Assembly: GCA_963663545.1 (NCBI GenBank)
Contig: OY760505.1
Coordinates: 2,880,001-2,944,000 of the forward strand
Length of the DNA: 64,000 nucleotides
DNA from: Candidatus Delongbacteria bacterium
GTDB lineage: Bacteria; CAIWAD01
Direction of reading: 5' to 3'
In this document: piece after piece, positions 63,860 through 64,000 of the stretch
Numbering within the stretch: position 1 is the first letter of the stretch
Layout of the letters: each line of letters opens with the position of its first letter
Notes under the pieces: model-generated
The model's database searches: none
What the model saw: only the letters and a program-made list of their open reading frames with translations
Told to the model about the DNA's origin: nothing
Position numbers and translations under genes: made by a program

Positions 63860-63978
63860 TGGACGGTAAGTGAGAATTACTCACCGCGGCGCCGGATTCT
63901 AGACACTCTCTGCGAAGCGTACGGATGTGATATTCGCTAAGTCTTTGAAATGAAAGCATTCGTGTGTTGTGAATTTTC

Positions 63979-63994
63979 TGGCACGCACATTGCT
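63979..63994 (+). promoter_or_regulatory. sigma54 promoter for a gene beyond the window
   Basis: TGGCAC-GCACA-TTGCT; IHF-like site at 63938-63950; palindrome GTGAG-AATTA-CTCAC at 63870-63884. Confidence 0.75.
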
Positions 63995-64000
63995 CTGTAC

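Overview
Bacterial chromosomal segment, roughly 58-60% GC by eye. PNPFNP-type C-terminal sorting domains and a GWxTD protein suggest an FCB-superphylum or related candidate-phylum organism (inference). 1.9-15.2 kb is the core cluster: tRNA-Tyr/Gly/Thr, tuf, rpmG, tRNA-Trp, secE, nusG, rplKAJL, rpoBC. 15.4-31 kb is accessory: thioesterase, PAS protein, a SET-domain methyltransferase plus a divergent PLP decarboxylase behind a structured leader, a sigma54-driven secreted protein, a two-component system, HlyIII, ClC, a TetR/alpha-amylase cassette, amtB plus porin, and MarC. 31.2-53.4 kb is a long + strand housekeeping run: truA, fsa, HtrA-like protease, purC, psd, pssA, purSQ, tatC, gatAB, smc, GWxTD, an ABC system, folBK, a deoxynucleoside kinase, rne/rng, rplU, rpmA. 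53.7-64 kb is a surface/glycan locus. Most notable: (1) a strongly over-represented quasi-palindromic motif YGTGATACR/YGTATCACR (family GTRWYAC) running through coding and intergenic DNA but nearly absent from highly expressed and apparently acquired genes; (2) a SET + LysA-like operon resembling the BurB/BurI sulfonium (SMM/DMSP-amine) route, with a candidate novel leader RNA; (3) an in-frame palindromic MITE inside a protein gene; (4) a perfect 141-bp duplication in rne/rng that may be an assembly artefact. All counts are by eye and no database searches were run.
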